Shown: one piece after another, positions 35,906-45,664 of the stretch | How the letters are laid out: each line of letters starts with the position of its first letter | How positions within the stretch are numbered: the first letter of the stretch is position 1 | From: an uncultured Gemmatimonadaceae bacterium | Lineage (GTDB): Bacteria; Gemmatimonadota; Gemmatimonadetes; Gemmatimonadales; Gemmatimonadaceae | Direction: 5' to 3' | Length of the DNA stretch: 64,000 nt | NCBI GenBank assembly: GCA_963740355.1 | Contig: CAVUDW010000002.1 | Span: 1,440,001-1,504,000 of the forward strand | The notes under the pieces: model-generated | The model's input: the letters and a program-made list of their open reading frames with translations, nothing else | What the model was told of the DNA's origin: nothing | Database searches by the model: none | Translations under genes and position numbers: made by a program

Positions 35906-36846
35906 GCTGGGTGACTCCAGTTGAGGATCATCTTGACACACGTCGGATCACCAAACGCGGTGGCATACGCCGCGGCGGCATCGGTCGCGGGTACGCGATG
36001 GGTGATGATGTCGTCCAGCGACAGTCGTCCGTCGATGACCATCGCCGTGACATCGGCGAGGTCGGTCGGCGAGAATTCTGCCGCGATCTTGAGCTGCATC
36101 GCACGCATGAAGGCGAGCGGGAAGCCGAACTTCACGGGCTCGTGATAAAAGCCGCCGAGCACGATCTCGCCATTGCGCGCGAGGCGCGGGATGAGCGAGT
36201 CGAGAATGTCGTTGGCGCCGCTCAATTCGAGGATCGAGCGGTAGTCGCGCCGCGGATCATGATCCGGGTGCACGACGTCGTAGCCGGCTGCACCACTGAT
36301 GCGCGCCGGATTGATCTCCCACACGGTCGGGGCGGCACCGCCGAGCGCGAGCACCAGGCGCGCGGCGAGCCGCGCCAGTGATCCATGCCCGACGATGAGT
36401 TCGGGCAGCGCGCCGTTGCTGTGTGTGCGAAGCGCATGGAGTGCCGTTGCCGCCAGCGACAGCAGCACACCGCGATCGCCAAGCCCACGCGGAATGACAT
36501 GGGTCTTGTCGCCGGCGACGACCAGCTTTTCAGCGGCACCACCAAACAGTCCGCGCGTGGCACCGAAGCATCGCGCACCGGCGACGAAGACTTCGTCGCC
36601 GACGGTGCGCTGTGACAGCGGACCGGCCTGTGCGATGACGCCGACACTTTCGTAACCAGGAACCAGCGGATAGCCGAGGCCCGGGAAAGGCGGCATGGTG
36701 CCGGTGTAGAGCAAGCGCTCGGTGCCGGTGCTGATACCTGTGTGTCGCACGTGGATCAGGACGTCGGCGTCTCCCGGTTCATCGAGCGGCAACGCGCGCA
36801 ACGCGAGCGTTCTCGGTTCGTCGAACACGACAGCAAGAGAGTTCAC
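35902..36846 (-). CDS. bchC: 3-hydroxyethyl bacteriochlorophyllide a dehydrogenase
   Basis: GISTGTERLL..G.MPPFPGLGYPLVPGYESVG and AF.DPTCVKMILNW. Confidence 0.95.
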   Translation of the reverse strand: MNSLAVVFDEPRTLALRALPLDEPGDADVLIHVRHTGISTGTERLLYTGTMPPFPGLGYPLVPGYESVGVIAQAGPLSQRTVGDEVFVAGARCFGATRGLFGGAAEKLVVAGDKTHVIPRGLGDRGVLLSLAATALHALRTHSNGALPELIVGHGSLARLAARLVLALGGAAPTVWEINPARISGAAGYDVVHPDHDPRRDYRSILELSGANDILDSLIPRLARNGEIVLGGFYHEPVKFGFPLAFMRAMQLKIAAEFSPTDLADVTAMVIDGRLSLDDIITHRVPATDAAAAYATAFGDPTCVKMILNWSHPA

Positions 36847-36887
36847 CGTGCAGCTCCATCCAGCGGGGTGGGACCAAGGGGTACAAG

Positions 36888-36931
36888 TGTCAACCTACCC
36901 GTACAACAGGAACCGTCAATAAAGGTTGACG
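36888..36931. promoter_or_regulatory. tandem PpsR operator upstream of bchC
   Basis: TGTCAACCTACCCGTACA (36888-36905) and CGTCAATAAAGGTTGACG (36914-36931), 8 bp apart. Confidence 0.78.
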
Positions 36932-37036
36932 GTTTTTTCCTGACACGACTCGGGGCTGCATTTCTGCCTCTTTCGGCGCCCAATTCTGCACGGCGATCCC
37001 GTCGCAAACGGAACCACCGGGTCGAACTTTTGACGG

Positions 37037-38242
37037 TTACGCCTGTGCCGCAATGATGCCGGTGTGGACGGGATAACGCGTCGGGACGATGCGGGTCCGC
37101 GAGAAGCCGGCGGCGCGCAGCAACGCCTGGTGCTGCGCAATCGTGCGTGCGCGGCCACGACCCATCGCAAAGAGGTAGAGCCCGAAGTAGGCGTCGCCCA
37201 CTCGTTCGGCACCGCGGATGCCCGAGAACGGCTCGACCACCAATAGGGTCCCCCCCGGTTCGAGCGCCTCGCGGGCGCTCCGCAGGACGGTCAGGGCGAC
37301 TTCATCCCCGTGGTCGAGGAGCACCCGAACCAGTGTGATCAGGTCGGCCCCGGCGGGGAGCTTGTCCGTCTGGAAGTTGCCGGCGTGCACCGCGGTGCGG
37401 TTCGCGAGGCCATCGGCTTCCAGCTTGGCGCGGGCATGGACGGCGACGGCGGGCAGGTCGAAGAGCATCAGGTCGAGCGAGGGGGCGTGCTCTCCCATCA
37501 GCGTGAGGAAGGCGCCGATACCGCCGCCGACGTCCAGCAGCCGCCGGTGGTTCTTCACCGGATAGGCGTCAACGACCTCTTCCGCGAGCGGGGGGACCGT
37601 CGATGCCATGAGATCGCTGTACCGTGCGGCGGCCTCGGGATCGACGTCTTCGGGGCGTCCGGCCTCGCCATAGGGGAAGTAGGCGGCGATGGCGGTCTGG
37701 CTGCGGCGCGGATCGCGGAGCATGGCCACTGGGTCGAGCAGGTCCCGGTAGAGCAGCTGGTTGTGCTCGATCAGCTTCTCGAGGCCGGTGTTCGGTGCGA
37801 TGGAGGCTCCGTTCACCGTCAGACGCCACCGCCCGTCCTGGGTGGCCTCCAGCAGGTCGAGCGAGGCGGCCGCATGCACCAGTCGCTCCGTGCCCTCGAG
37901 GGGGAGCCCGACGGCGATCGCGATCTCCGCCATGCTGAGCGGGCCGTGCCGGAGCTTGCCGAACAGGTTGAGCTGAACCCCCGCGTACAGCACCTGCGAA
38001 TAGACGAAGCCGCTACAGAGGTCGAACAGCTCCCGGGCGTGTCGTCGAGCGATGAAGCGGGTGAGGAAGAACGAGCCAGCCCAGCGCTGGAAGCCCGGGG
38101 AGGCCGCCATCCGGTTCCGCCAGTCGGCGATGCGGTCGGTGAGTGAGAGGCGAGGGGCGCCGCTTTCGCTACGCTCTCGCACACCGGTTACCAGGGGCGG
38201 GGCGGCTGCGGCTACGGCCGACGGCTTCTGACGTTCAGACAT
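37037..38242 (-). CDS. crtF: carotenoid O-methyltransferase (CrtF-like)
   Basis: FQRWA..F..R.IARR..LFDLCSGFVYSQVL, LLDVGGG.G and YFGLYLFAMGRGRAR; canonical position before bchC; start uncertain. Confidence 0.88.
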   Translation of the reverse strand: MSERQKPSAVAAAAPPLVTGVRERSESGAPRLSLTDRIADWRNRMAASPGFQRWAGSFFLTRFIARRHARELFDLCSGFVYSQVLYAGVQLNLFGKLRHGPLSMAEIAIAVGLPLEGTERLVHAAASLDLLEATQDGRWRLTVNGASIAPNTGLEKLIEHNQLLYRDLLDPVAMLRDPRRSQTAIAAYFPYGEAGRPEDVDPEAAARYSDLMASTVPPLAEEVVDAYPVKNHRRLLDVGGGIGAFLTLMGEHAPSLDLMLFDLPAVAVHARAKLEADGLANRTAVHAGNFQTDKLPAGADLITLVRVLLDHGDEVALTVLRSAREALEPGGTLLVVEPFSGIRGAERVGDAYFGLYLFAMGRGRARTIAQHQALLRAAGFSRTRIVPTRYPVHTGIIAAQA

Positions 38243-38318
38243 GAAAAGACGCTGGGTCCTGACGAAAAGAGGGGCACCGGGCGGCCACGCGGGAAATCCG
38301 GCGGCTGCGATGCTGCTC

Positions 38319-38361
38319 TGTGATGCAAGCCAAACACCTACTCTGTCAAGCTTGCTGGACA
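38319..38361. promoter_or_regulatory. tandem PpsR operator in the crtF/bchI divergent region
   Basis: TGTGATGCAAGCCAAACA (38319-38336) and TGTCAAGCTTGCTGGACA (38344-38361), both TGT-N12-ACA, 7 bp apart. Confidence 0.75.
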
Positions 38362-38420
38362 GTGTCGCTGGGGGCAGCTTCTCCTGAGAAGGCAGGACTT
38401 CACCGTTTTCAGAGGACCGC

Positions 38421-39458
38421 GTGCGCGCAGCTTTTCCGTTCAGTGCAATCGTAGGGCAGGAGCAGATGAAGCTGGCGCTCCTCATCGCGACGGTGGATCC
38501 GTCGGTAGGTGGCGTGCTCGTCCTTGGCGACCGCGGCACCGGCAAATCGACCGTGGTGCGCGCACTCCCCGCGCTGCTACCCAGCATGAAGGCCGTTGAA
38601 GGGTGTCGCTACGGCTGCGACCCGACGGCGAACGGCGCACGATGTGACGAGTGTCGCGAACGCGCGCTGCATGTGGCGCGCGGGAAGCTTCCGGTCACCG
38701 ACAAGCGGGTCCCGGTCGTGGACCTGCCACTTGGCGCCACCGAGGATCGTGTGGTCGGGGCCCTCGACATCGAGAAGGCGCTGCGCAACGGTGAGAAGGC
38801 CTTCGAGCCCGGGCTCCTCGCGCGCGCGCATCGCGGCTTCCTCTACGTCGACGAAGTGAACCTGCTCGAGGATCATCTGGTCGACCTGCTGCTCGACGTC
38901 GCCCAGACGGGCGAGAATGTGGTCGAGCGCGACGGTGTGAGTGTGCGGCACCCCGCACGCTTCGTCCTCGTGGGCAGTGGGAATCCGGAAGAAGGTGATC
39001 TTCGTCCGCAGCTGCTCGACCGGTTCGGCCTCAGTGTCGAGGTGCGCACCAGTGATGATGTCGCGAGTCGCGTCGAGGTGATTCGCCGTCGCGACGCCTA
39101 CGAGCGCGATTCGGCGGCGTTCCTCGAGACGTGGGAACCCGCCGATGCCGCGGTGCGCACGAAGATCCTCGCGGCGCGCAAGCGATTGCCGACGGTGCAG
39201 GTGCCTGACGCGGTGCTGCACAAGGCGGTGCAACTCTGCGTCGAGTTGGGCACCGATGGTGTGCGCGGCGAGCTCACGCTGCTGCGTGCCGCGCGAGCGG
39301 CTGCGGCACTCGACGGCGCGAAGACGGTGACCGATGCACACGTCAAGACCGTGGCGCCGATGGCGTTGCGGCATCGCTTGCGCCGGAACGTGCTCGATGA
39401 AGGAGGGAGCGGCACACGCGTCGCTCGCGCCATTTCGACCATCTACGGCGCCGACTGA
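38421..39458 (+). CDS. bchI: magnesium chelatase subunit I
   Basis: FPFSAIVGQE, GDRGTGKST, LYVDEVNLL and GNPEEGDLRPQLLDRFG. Confidence 0.97.
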   Translation: MRAAFPFSAIVGQEQMKLALLIATVDPSVGGVLVLGDRGTGKSTVVRALPALLPSMKAVEGCRYGCDPTANGARCDECRERALHVARGKLPVTDKRVPVVDLPLGATEDRVVGALDIEKALRNGEKAFEPGLLARAHRGFLYVDEVNLLEDHLVDLLLDVAQTGENVVERDGVSVRHPARFVLVGSGNPEEGDLRPQLLDRFGLSVEVRTSDDVASRVEVIRRRDAYERDSAAFLETWEPADAAVRTKILAARKRLPTVQVPDAVLHKAVQLCVELGTDGVRGELTLLRAARAAAALDGAKTVTDAHVKTVAPMALRHRLRRNVLDEGGSGTRVARAISTIYGAD

Positions 39459-41242
39459 TGGCGACGGCGGTACCGGTGTCGACGCCGGCTGAAGACGTGA
39501 GTGCGGCGCGTGCGCGATCGGCCGCCGCGCTCTGCGTACTGGCCGTGGCCGCGCACCGCATTGGTGGCATCGTGCTGCGCGATTCGTCGGCCGGTGCGCA
39601 GCAGTGGATCGCCGCGCTGCGCCAGCGATTGCCTGCGAGTGTGCGGGTGGTGCGTCTACCGTCGTCGGCCACCGACGATCGTATCTTCGGTGGGCTCGAC
39701 CTGGCTGCGACGATCGCCACTGGATCACCGGTGGCCGAACGCGGTGTGGTGGCCGATGCCGACGGTGGCATGGTGATCATTCCGCTGATCGAGCGCATGC
39801 CGGTCGCAACGCAGGCGCGAATCGGTGCGGTGCTGGACACAGGTGTCGTTCAGGTGCTGCGCGACGGTGTGCGCGCCGAGTTCGATGCCGAGTTTGCGCT
39901 GATCGCGATTGACGAAAGTGAAGAGGATGTGTGGGGGGTGGCGGCGCCGTTGCGCGATCGCCTTGCGCTGGTGCTGGATGGTGATGTGCGCGTTGACGAG
40001 TCGATGCTGCCCGATGCCGCGGTGGTGGCAACCGCGCGTGCATTGGTTGCGCATGTGCAGGCGAGCGACGATGTGATGATCGGGATCGGCACGCTCTGCG
40101 TCGCGTTCGGCATTTCATCCGAGCGTGCGGCTCGGCAGGCGTTGTGGACGGCACGCGCGCTGGCCGCGTTGGATGGTCGGACAGAGATCGAGGAAGCGGA
40201 TGTCGCACTGTCGGCGCAGCTGGTGCTGGCACCGCGTGCGACGCGTGTTCCGACGCCTCCGCCCGATGAAAGTGAAGACGAGCAGGAAGCGCCGCCTGAG
40301 CCGACACCGCCCGAGGCGACATCGTCCGAAACGCCGCCCGATCAATCCGATGATCGTCCGATGGATGATCGTCTCGTTGAGGCGGTGACCGCGGCCATTC
40401 CGCCCGAGTTGCTCGCCGAGCTGCTGGCACGGGCGCAGAGGCCGAGTCAGGAGCAGGGCAAGGCTGGGGCCGAGAAGGAGAGTTGGACGCGTGGTCGGCA
40501 GGTGGCTGCGCGCCGCGGCAAGCCTGATGGTGTGCGTCGATTGCATGTGCTGGAGACGCTGCGTGCTGCGGCGCCGTGGCAGCGTGCCCGGGCGCGTGCC
40601 AGTGCGGCGCGCGACATCCCGGTGCGCTCACTGATCGTCGAGCGCGATGACTTCCGGATTCGCCGCTATGTGGAGCGAGCGGGAACGTCGGTGATCTTCG
40701 TGGTCGATGCGTCGGGATCGGCGGCCGCGCAGCGACTGGGCGAAGCGAAGGGCGCGGTCGAGGCGCTGTTGGCGGAGAGTTATGCGCGTCGCGACCGGGT
40801 GTCGCTGATTGCATTTCGCGGGACGACGGCCGAGGTGCTGCTGCCGCCGACTCGTGCACTGGCGCGCGCGCGCAAGCTGCTCGCATCGCTGCCAGGGGGT
40901 GGTGGCACACCGCTCGCCACGGCCATCGATGTGGCGATCACGTCGGGTATTGCGGCGCGTCGTGCGGGGACGCTGCCGGTGATCGTGTTCCTGACCGATG
41001 GTCGCGCCAACGTGGCGCGGGATGGCAAGGGCGGTCGTGTCGAGTCGATGCGTGATGCACTCGATGCGTCGGCGCAGTTTCGTCTGGCCAACCTGGCGGC
41101 GGTGCTGATCGATACCTCGCCGCGACCGGAACCGATGGCGCGCAAGATCGCGGACGCATTGGGTGCACGGTATGTACCGCTGCCGGTGGTCGATGCCCGC
41201 GCGATCGCTGGGGCTGTGGCCTTGGCGAAGGAAGTCGGATGA
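39458..41242 (+). CDS. bchD: magnesium chelatase subunit D
   Basis: GGLDLAAT, acidic Pro-rich linker, TLRAAAPWQ, and vWA domain VVDASGS, GGGTPLA, LTDGRAN. Confidence 0.95.
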   Translation: MATAVPVSTPAEDVSAARARSAAALCVLAVAAHRIGGIVLRDSSAGAQQWIAALRQRLPASVRVVRLPSSATDDRIFGGLDLAATIATGSPVAERGVVADADGGMVIIPLIERMPVATQARIGAVLDTGVVQVLRDGVRAEFDAEFALIAIDESEEDVWGVAAPLRDRLALVLDGDVRVDESMLPDAAVVATARALVAHVQASDDVMIGIGTLCVAFGISSERAARQALWTARALAALDGRTEIEEADVALSAQLVLAPRATRVPTPPPDESEDEQEAPPEPTPPEATSSETPPDQSDDRPMDDRLVEAVTAAIPPELLAELLARAQRPSQEQGKAGAEKESWTRGRQVAARRGKPDGVRRLHVLETLRAAAPWQRARARASAARDIPVRSLIVERDDFRIRRYVERAGTSVIFVVDASGSAAAQRLGEAKGAVEALLAESYARRDRVSLIAFRGTTAEVLLPPTRALARARKLLASLPGGGGTPLATAIDVAITSGIAARRAGTLPVIVFLTDGRANVARDGKGGRVESMRDALDASAQFRLANLAAVLIDTSPRPEPMARKIADALGARYVPLPVVDARAIAGAVALAKEVG

Positions 41243-42096
41243 GCGCGCCGCGCGATGTCGCCGTGACATCAGCGGCTGCGGAGCACGCGTCTGCACCAAC
41301 ACGCGTGCGTGGTCCGTGGGCCAGCTGGTGGCACGATCACTGGAGTGCCGTCGGCAAGGGCACGCTGGCCGTGGTGGGATTCTGGTGGTTGGTGACGGGT
41401 GTGATCGTCGCGCTGCAGCGGAATGAATGGACGAAGCTGGCCGCCTGGATCATTTCGACGGCGGTTGCGATCTGGGCGACGTACGTGATTCACGAGCAGC
41501 GCGAGTTGCGCACGGCACCGGCGGCGCGGCGCACCTTCCTCGCGTCGACGGCGATCTGGATGTGGATCAACGTCGGCCTCTATGGTGGCTGGATCGTTGG
41601 GCCGGGCCACATTGCGAGTGTCGCCGGCGAGGCGACGCTCTTGCGCGCGACCGAGGCGATCGTGTCACTGCTCTGGCACGAGTTGTTGTGTGTGCTGGTG
41701 CTGTTCGTGAGTTGGCTGCACGTGCGGAAATCACCCAACCGGCTCGCATTCGTTGCCTTGGCGACGTATTGGGCGGTGTTGCAGGTGGCGAAGCTGAACA
41801 TCTTTTTTGGCGTCGCGAATCCCGGGGCGCGCTTCCTGCCGCCCCATCTGCAGTTCCTGCTCTCGTATTACGGGCCGCCGGAAAACACCGGGTGGTTGCC
41901 GGTTTCCTTTTTTAGTGCGGTCGGCGTCGCGCTGATTTTCTGGTGGCGCGGCTGGCAGGCGAAGGATGCGTTTCTCCGGCAGAGTCGCGCATTGCTGGCG
42001 ATGCTGATCGCCCTTGCGGCGCTGGAGTACCTGCTGCTGGCCGTGCACAGCGATGCGCCGTTGTGGGAAGTGTTCCTGAAGGCGCGCGGGTTTTAG
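41239..42096 (+). CDS. puhE: PuhE-like photosynthetic complex assembly membrane protein
   Basis: WWLVTG, G.IVGP, LLWHEL, AKLNIFFGV.N..FLPPHL..L.SY, ALAALE and PLW. Confidence 0.75.
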   Translation: MSAPRDVAVTSAAAEHASAPTRVRGPWASWWHDHWSAVGKGTLAVVGFWWLVTGVIVALQRNEWTKLAAWIISTAVAIWATYVIHEQRELRTAPAARRTFLASTAIWMWINVGLYGGWIVGPGHIASVAGEATLLRATEAIVSLLWHELLCVLVLFVSWLHVRKSPNRLAFVALATYWAVLQVAKLNIFFGVANPGARFLPPHLQFLLSYYGPPENTGWLPVSFFSAVGVALIFWWRGWQAKDAFLRQSRALLAMLIALAALEYLLLAVHSDAPLWEVFLKARGF

Positions 42097-42159
42097 TCGC
42101 GCCGGGGACTGCCGGGGCGCTGTACAGCGCAAACGGCGCTCAAGTAGCGCAGGAGCATG

Positions 42160-42310
42160 GGGTTAGCCTCCGATCAAGGGGTCGGAGATCTTGATCGGGG
42201 ATGTTTGACGCCAAATCGATCAAGGGGTCAGAGATGTTGATCGGGGAAATTTGACGTCAAACCGTTGCGGTGGATGGTGTTAGCCTCCGATCAAGGGGTC
42301 AGAGATCTTG
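42160..42310 (+). repeat. three copies of the CGATCAAGGGGTCAGAGATCTTG repeat core
   Basis: Cores start at 42171, 42217 and 42288, each with 0-1 mismatch. Confidence 0.9.
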
Positions 42311-42344
42311 ATCCGATGATGGGGCAGAAATCCTGCTCCCAAGC

Positions 42345-43082
42345 CTACGCGCCGCGCTTCGCCCAGCGATACATGTAGGTCGGTTTGCGCCGACCGCCAA
42401 TACGGTGATCGGGCAGTCGCTCGACGAGCCCGAGTTCGAGCATTCGCTTCTGGAAATTACGCCGGTCGAGTGTGCGGCCCAGCACAGTCTCGTGGAGCTT
42501 CTGTAGTTCGGGCATCGTGAATGATGCGGGCAGCAGATTCGCCTCGAGTGGCAGGTCGTCGATCTGGGACCGCACCGCCATGAGCGCGCGCGCCACCATC
42601 TCATCGTGATCGATGATGAGCGCCGGTCGCTCCGCGAGGTCCCACCACTCGACGGATCGGGTCCAGGCATTCGGTGCGACCGTCGCACGACTGGAGTCCA
42701 CCACCGCGACGTAGCCGACGGAGACGACACGACCCAGCACCCAATGGTCGTGCGGCGCGTCAACGCCCATCGCGCGCAGTGCATTGGCGACAACCGCCTC
42801 GCCTCGCGCTGGCCCACCGAAGGTGTGGAACTGGCGCAGCGCAGTGTCCGACAGCCCGGTCATCTCGCGCAGCACACGGGTCGCGGCGTCATCGATCGAT
42901 TCCTCGCGGCGCACGTAGCCCCCTGGGAGCGACCAGTCGCCGGTTCCCTGGGACTGCATCAGCAGGACCTTCAGTGCGCCGGCGTGGGCACCGAAGATCA
43001 CGCTGTTCACCGAGAGGTGCGGCAGGCAGTCCCGGTCCAGTTCGACAAGGAGGTTCGAGAAGTCGACGGCGCTCATGGTCAA
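42345..43082 (-). CDS. NrtR-family regulator (Nudix plus winged HTH)
   Basis: LSVNSVIFG, WSLPGGYV..ESIDDAA.RVL.E.TG, LLPASFTMPELQ and DRRNFQK. Confidence 0.9.
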   Translation of the reverse strand: MTMSAVDFSNLLVELDRDCLPHLSVNSVIFGAHAGALKVLLMQSQGTGDWSLPGGYVRREESIDDAATRVLREMTGLSDTALRQFHTFGGPARGEAVVANALRAMGVDAPHDHWVLGRVVSVGYVAVVDSSRATVAPNAWTRSVEWWDLAERPALIIDHDEMVARALMAVRSQIDDLPLEANLLPASFTMPELQKLHETVLGRTLDRRNFQKRMLELGLVERLPDHRIGGRRKPTYMYRWAKRGA

Positions 43083-43093
43083 ACCATAGGTGA

Positions 43094-43140
43094 TGTGTAT
43101 TGACTACACAATAACCGCCGGCTAGTGTACCTCGTACACA
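43094..43140. promoter_or_regulatory. two NrtR-type operator palindromes
   Basis: TGTGTA-TTGAC-TACACA (43094-43110) and AGTGTA-CCTCG-TACACA (43124-43140), each with a GT-N7-AC core. Confidence 0.7.
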
Positions 43141-43186
43141 TCCCGGCCGGTCTCGTGTTCGGCCTTCGCTTCCTTCCGGACGCCGC

Positions 43187-45634
43187 ATGCGCCGACGACT
43201 TGCACACGCCCTTCTGTTTGCCGGGTTCACCGGCACTGCGGCTCGCGCCGCGATTGCACAGACCGCGGTCCCCTCGCTCCCGCAACTCGGCCGTGCGCCG
43301 CTGCGCGCCGTCGTTGCCGCCCTCTCCGATTCCGAGAAGGTGCGTCTCGTCGTGGGACGCGGGCTGATTCTCCCCGAGGGCATGCCGACGAACATGCTGC
43401 CGCCGGGTATGCTGGGCGGCGCGCGCACCGCGGACGATCGCCCGCTGCGGCTGCCTGGATCGGCTGGTGAAACGCACACGGTGCGACGCTTCGGCATCCC
43501 GGCGATCACGCTGTCGGACGGGCCGGCCGGTGTGCGAATCGATCCGATCCGCACCGGTGCCAACGGCAAGCCGGACAGTTCACGGACGTTCTACGCCACG
43601 GCGTTCCCGGTCGGGACTCTGCTCGCGTCGTCGTGGGACACGGCGCTCGTGCGGCGCGTTGGTGTGTCGTTCGGCCAGGAAGCGCGCGACTACGGTGTCG
43701 ATGTGTTGCTGATGCCGGGCATGAACCTGCACCGCAATCCGCTTGGCGGCCGCAACTTCGAGTACTACTCGGAGGATCCGCTCGTGACTGGGCTGATGGC
43801 GTCGGCGATGGTCGAGGGGTTGCAGTCGGCGGGGGTCGGCGCGTCAGTCAAGCACTTCGTAGCGAATGAGCAGGAGTTCAATCGCATGCGGATCAACTCC
43901 GCAATCGGCGAACGCGCGTTCCGTGAGCTCTACCTGCGTCCGTTCCAGACCGTCGTTCGACGTGCGAAGCCATGGACGGTGATGTCGTCGTACAATCTCG
44001 TCAACGGTGTGCACACGGCCGAGAATCCGGAACTGCTGAATGACATCCTTCGTGGTGAATGGTCGTTCGGTGGGCTCGTGATGAGTGACTGGTTCGGTGG
44101 TGAAGATCCGGTCGCGATGGTGAATGCCGGGAACGACCTCGTGATGCCGGGCACTGGCGCACAGGAAACCGCATTGCGCGCTGCACTCGCGAGCGGCAAG
44201 CTGTCGCGCGCCGCACTCGACGCGAGTGTCACACGCGTGCTCGAGCTGGTGCTCCGCTCGAACACCTTCCGCAAGGTTGCTGCGTCTGAACGCCCGGATT
44301 TGCGTGCGCACGCCGCCGTCGCCCGACAGGCGGCAGCCGAGAGCATGGTGCTATTGCGTAATGAATCGATTGGCACCGGTGCGTCGGCGCGTCCCGCGTT
44401 GCCGCTCGCGTCCGGGCAAACGGTCGCAGCGTTCGGCAACACGTCGTACGACCCGATCGCCGGCGGCACGGGCAGCGGCAACGTGAATCGTGCATACACG
44501 ATCTCGGTGGTGCAGGGACTGGATGCGGCCAAGGCTCGCATCGATACCTCGCTCAGTGCCACCTATGCGCGCTATCTCGCAACGGCCCGCTTGAAGCTGC
44601 CGCCAACCGGTCAGATGAACTTCTTCGCGCCGCCACCAGCGATTCAGGAAATGCAGTTGGATGCGGCCGTCGTGACAGAGGCTGCGGCACGCGCCGATGT
44701 CGGCCTGATCACGCTTGGACGCATCGCCGGTGAAGGCGGCGATCGCAAGGTCGCCGATGACTTTGCGCTGAAGGCGTCCGAGCGTGCGCTGATCGAGCAG
44801 GTATCGACGGCATTCCACGCCAAGGGCAAGCGTGTGGTGGTGGTGCTGAACATTGGCGGCCCGATCGAGATGGCAAGCTGGCGTGGCCAGGTTGATGCGA
44901 TCCTGCTCGCGTATCAACCGGGGCAGGAGGGAGGTCACGCCATCGCCGACGTACTGCTCGGCGCGGTGAATCCATCCGGCAAACTCGCAACGTCGTTCCC
45001 GATGTCGTACGAAGACATCCCCTACGGCGCGGACTTTCCCGGCCGCGTTCGCGCTGGTGCAGCGGCACCGAGCAACCCGATGAGTGGCCAGGCGTCGGAC
45101 AACTCGTACAACGAAGGCGTGTTCGTCGGCTATCGGTACGCGAGTACGTTCGGCAAGGCGCCGGCGTATGCGTTCGGCTTTGGGTCGAGCTACACGACGT
45201 TCCGGACCGGCGGGCTGCAGGTCACCGGTACGCCGACCATCGCTGCTGGGTCCATGACAGTGAAGGTGACGGTGACGAACACCGGCACCGTCGCCGGCCG
45301 CGAAGTGGCGCAGCTGTACGTCACCGCGCCGCGTGGCGCACTCGACATGCCGGAGCGTGAGTTGCGGGCCTTCGCGAAGACCCGGCTCCTCGCACCTGGG
45401 GCTTCAGAGACGCTGACCTTCCGACTCTCGGCTGCCGACATCGCGTCCTTCGATCCGTCGGCCGCGGCGTGGGTTGCCGAGCCGGGCACGTACACGGTGC
45501 GTGTGGCGAATTCGTCGGCCGCTGAGGGCGTTCATGCGACGGTGGCTGTTGCGAACCGCGTCATCGTCGAGCGTACGCGACATCTGGTCGCGCCGACGGC
45601 GCCGATTGCCGAGTTGAAGGCGCCGACGCGGTGA
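43187..45634 (+). CDS. exported GH3 beta-glycosidase
   Basis: Signal peptide, SDGPAGVR, RNPLGGRNFEYYSEDP, KHFVANEQE, nucleophile VMSDW, and C-terminal Fn3-like domain. Confidence 0.93.
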   Translation: MRRRLAHALLFAGFTGTAARAAIAQTAVPSLPQLGRAPLRAVVAALSDSEKVRLVVGRGLILPEGMPTNMLPPGMLGGARTADDRPLRLPGSAGETHTVRRFGIPAITLSDGPAGVRIDPIRTGANGKPDSSRTFYATAFPVGTLLASSWDTALVRRVGVSFGQEARDYGVDVLLMPGMNLHRNPLGGRNFEYYSEDPLVTGLMASAMVEGLQSAGVGASVKHFVANEQEFNRMRINSAIGERAFRELYLRPFQTVVRRAKPWTVMSSYNLVNGVHTAENPELLNDILRGEWSFGGLVMSDWFGGEDPVAMVNAGNDLVMPGTGAQETALRAALASGKLSRAALDASVTRVLELVLRSNTFRKVAASERPDLRAHAAVARQAAAESMVLLRNESIGTGASARPALPLASGQTVAAFGNTSYDPIAGGTGSGNVNRAYTISVVQGLDAAKARIDTSLSATYARYLATARLKLPPTGQMNFFAPPPAIQEMQLDAAVVTEAAARADVGLITLGRIAGEGGDRKVADDFALKASERALIEQVSTAFHAKGKRVVVVLNIGGPIEMASWRGQVDAILLAYQPGQEGGHAIADVLLGAVNPSGKLATSFPMSYEDIPYGADFPGRVRAGAAAPSNPMSGQASDNSYNEGVFVGYRYASTFGKAPAYAFGFGSSYTTFRTGGLQVTGTPTIAAGSMTVKVTVTNTGTVAGREVAQLYVTAPRGALDMPERELRAFAKTRLLAPGASETLTFRLSAADIASFDPSAAAWVAEPGTYTVRVANSSAAEGVHATVAVANRVIVERTRHLVAPTAPIAELKAPTR

Positions 45635-45664
45635 TCGAGCGGTTGGTGTACGGCGCGAAGGACT

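Noticed and set aside
43094..43110. PpsR site outside the PGC
   Set aside because: Spacing is TGT-N11-ACA, and the GT-N7-AC core fits the adjacent NrtR-family regulator better.
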